DNA of 64,000 nucleotides from Candidatus Thorarchaeota archaeon (GTDB lineage: Archaea > Asgardarchaeota > Thorarchaeia > Thorarchaeales > Thorarchaeaceae). Location: contig JBHLRQ010000004.1 of NCBI GenBank assembly GCA_048882385.1, positions 13,470-77,469 on the forward strand, given 5' to 3'. The position numbers and the translations under genes were made by a program. Of this stretch, positions 62,688 to 64,000 are shown one piece after another; position 1 is the first letter of the stretch, and every line of letters starts with the position of its first letter. The notes under the pieces are model-generated. The model was not told the origin of the DNA, did no database searches, and was given only the letters and a program-made list of their open reading frames with translations.

Positions 62688-63452
62688 ATGCAGCCCGAAA
62701 CTCTCAAGGAATTCCTATCTTTCACTGTAGATGTCGTATCAGAAGCAGGTAAGATCACAGCTGAATACTTTTTGGCAGATATCGGATATGAAACCAAGAA
62801 TGATGACACTCCTGTGACAGTTGCAGACCGACTAACAGAGGAGTACATCAGGAATCGGATTGCGGACGCATATCCTTCACATTCCATACTTGGAGAAGAG
62901 GCAGGAGAGAGGAAGAGGGACCCGAACTATAGATGGATAATCGATCCGATTGATGGTACACAGTCGTTCATTAGGGGTGTTCCTCTTTACACAGTACTAA
63001 TTGCTCTTGAACACAAGAGAGTACCTATTTTGGGAGTAATTCATAATCCACCACTCAAAGAAACAGTTTCAGCCGCAATAGGAATTGGAGCATTCTATAA
63101 TGGAAACGCATGTCAAGTGAGTTCCACTTCAAAACTAGAAAATGCTTGGGTTCAGGTGACAGATTATGCAGAATTGACACGGCGGCGTCCAGAATTCACT
63201 GAAAGACTATTATCTAGAGCTTATTCTTGCAGGACATGGGGAGATGCATTCGGGTATCTCCTAGTGGCAGCAGGAAAGGTTGATGTGATGATTGATCCGA
63301 TAATGAATATATGGGACATTGCACCGTTATATCCCATTATTACTGAAGCAGGAGGAATATTCACGGATTTGGATGGTAATCAAAATGCAACTGGCAACTC
63401 CTCGTTAGCATGCAATTCGAATCTGCATAAAGAAATCATAGGTATCATGTAA
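62688..63452 (+). CDS. inositol monophosphatase / FBPase family protein
   Basis: ILGEE, WIIDPIDGTQSF and WDIAP motifs. Confidence 0.88.
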   Translation: MQPETLKEFLSFTVDVVSEAGKITAEYFLADIGYETKNDDTPVTVADRLTEEYIRNRIADAYPSHSILGEEAGERKRDPNYRWIIDPIDGTQSFIRGVPLYTVLIALEHKRVPILGVIHNPPLKETVSAAIGIGAFYNGNACQVSSTSKLENAWVQVTDYAELTRRRPEFTERLLSRAYSCRTWGDAFGYLLVAAGKVDVMIDPIMNIWDIAPLYPIITEAGGIFTDLDGNQNATGNSSLACNSNLHKEIIGIM

Positions 63453-63508
63453 CAAGTGAATTATTGTTTATCCTACTTCTTAATAACGAGTTTTGAAATA
63501 CAATTCTT

Positions 63509-64000
63509 GTGATTCAATTGCATCAGAACAAATTTGGAGTCCTGCTCTTACTTATTCTCATAAGTCCTATTCCAGTGTCATTCATCGGAAATACGACACA
63601 CGAAATCGCGAAAGAACCGGTTACCATCCCAGCTAGTGGAACAAGTCCATTTGATAGAGGACCCATGGTTGGATTGGTAACCAATGAGTCAGCAGTGATA
63701 TTCTGGCGTACAGATGGTATCACAAATGCGACACTTAGATACGGTCTCAATGATTCTGTTTTGTCAAGTATAGTAAACACAACGCTTGATGCTGACCATT
63801 ACTTCAATCTGATTGGATTAGATATTGACACGAAATATTACTATCAAGCAATATCAAATGGAACTGAGAGTCCAATCTATCATTTTCTCACGGCACCACC
63901 TGACGGTGAAGAGTTCAAGATGATTATTGTGGGTGACAATCGACCGCGTACTACTGTTACTCAACCTGAAGAATGGGAAACAATTGCACAAATGATTGCA
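63509..64000 (+). CDS. purple-acid-phosphatase-like metallophosphoesterase, N-terminal part (runs off the right edge)
   Basis: GTG 63509 or TTG 63518. Signal/TM segment FGVLLLLILISPIPV, a PAP N-terminal beta domain (VIFWRTDGITNATLRYG...YYYQAISNG...YHFLTAP), then FKMIIVGDNRP. Not in the ORF track because it has no stop codon. Confidence 0.6.
   Translation, partial: MIQLHQNKFGVLLLLILISPIPVSFIGNTTHEIAKEPVTIPASGTSPFDRGPMVGLVTNESAVIFWRTDGITNATLRYGLNDSVLSSIVNTTLDADHYFNLIGLDIDTKYYYQAISNGTESPIYHFLTAPPDGEEFKMIIVGDNRPRTTVTQPEEWETIAQMIA

Noticed and set aside
63523-63780. 85-aa minus-strand ORF
   Set aside because: It is antisense to the open-ended purple-acid-phosphatase-like ORF, which has clear motifs on the plus strand.

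Overview
Gene-dense archaeal chromosomal window with no rRNA, CRISPR array, transposase or integrase. The core (20.7-36.9 kb, + strand) is an archaeal S10/spc-type ribosomal-protein operon: uL22, uS3, uL29, RNase P protein Rpp29, uS17 through uL30, uL15, secY, adkA, a DUF106 insertase, eL34, cmk, eL14 and cbf5. Two unexpected genes sit inside it: an Hsp20 between uL30 and uL15, and a prenyltransferase/terpene-cyclase-repeat protein between secY and adkA. Elsewhere there is a uS13-uS4-uS11 block, an RNase P RNA the ORF track cannot show (36903-37254), and an intron-containing tRNA-Ser(GGA). Information-processing genes include TFB, aIF1/SUI1, RpoP, EndA, RNase Z, Tsr3, TiaS and MetAP2. Other content covers ether-lipid genes (GGGP synthase, geranylgeranyl reductase, UppP), a fused hdrA-mvhD with hdrC and hdrB, hypD, Get3/ArsA, a sensor kinase and assorted hydrolases. 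A two-domain gelsolin protein, a Roadblock/LC7 protein and the eukaryote-type r-proteins suggest an Asgard-type archaeon; this is inference, since no search was run. Items most worth a second look: (1) a tandem partial duplication of the rpoP 5' end whose 10 differences are all synonymous. (2) A beta-class DNA methyltransferase whose stop codon directly abuts the ATG of an unrecognisable 479-aa protein. (3) A strongly structured ~200-nt non-coding element upstream of uL22. (4) Lys/Pro-rich and acidic low-complexity tails on HdrA-MvhD, eL32, uL18, uS3 and uS4. (5) Two frame breaks (rpoP, asparaginase), plus possibly a third ORF pair (16975-17136), that are each repaired by adding one base to a G/C triplet, which points to homopolymer assembly errors. 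All functional calls are by-eye motif recognition.
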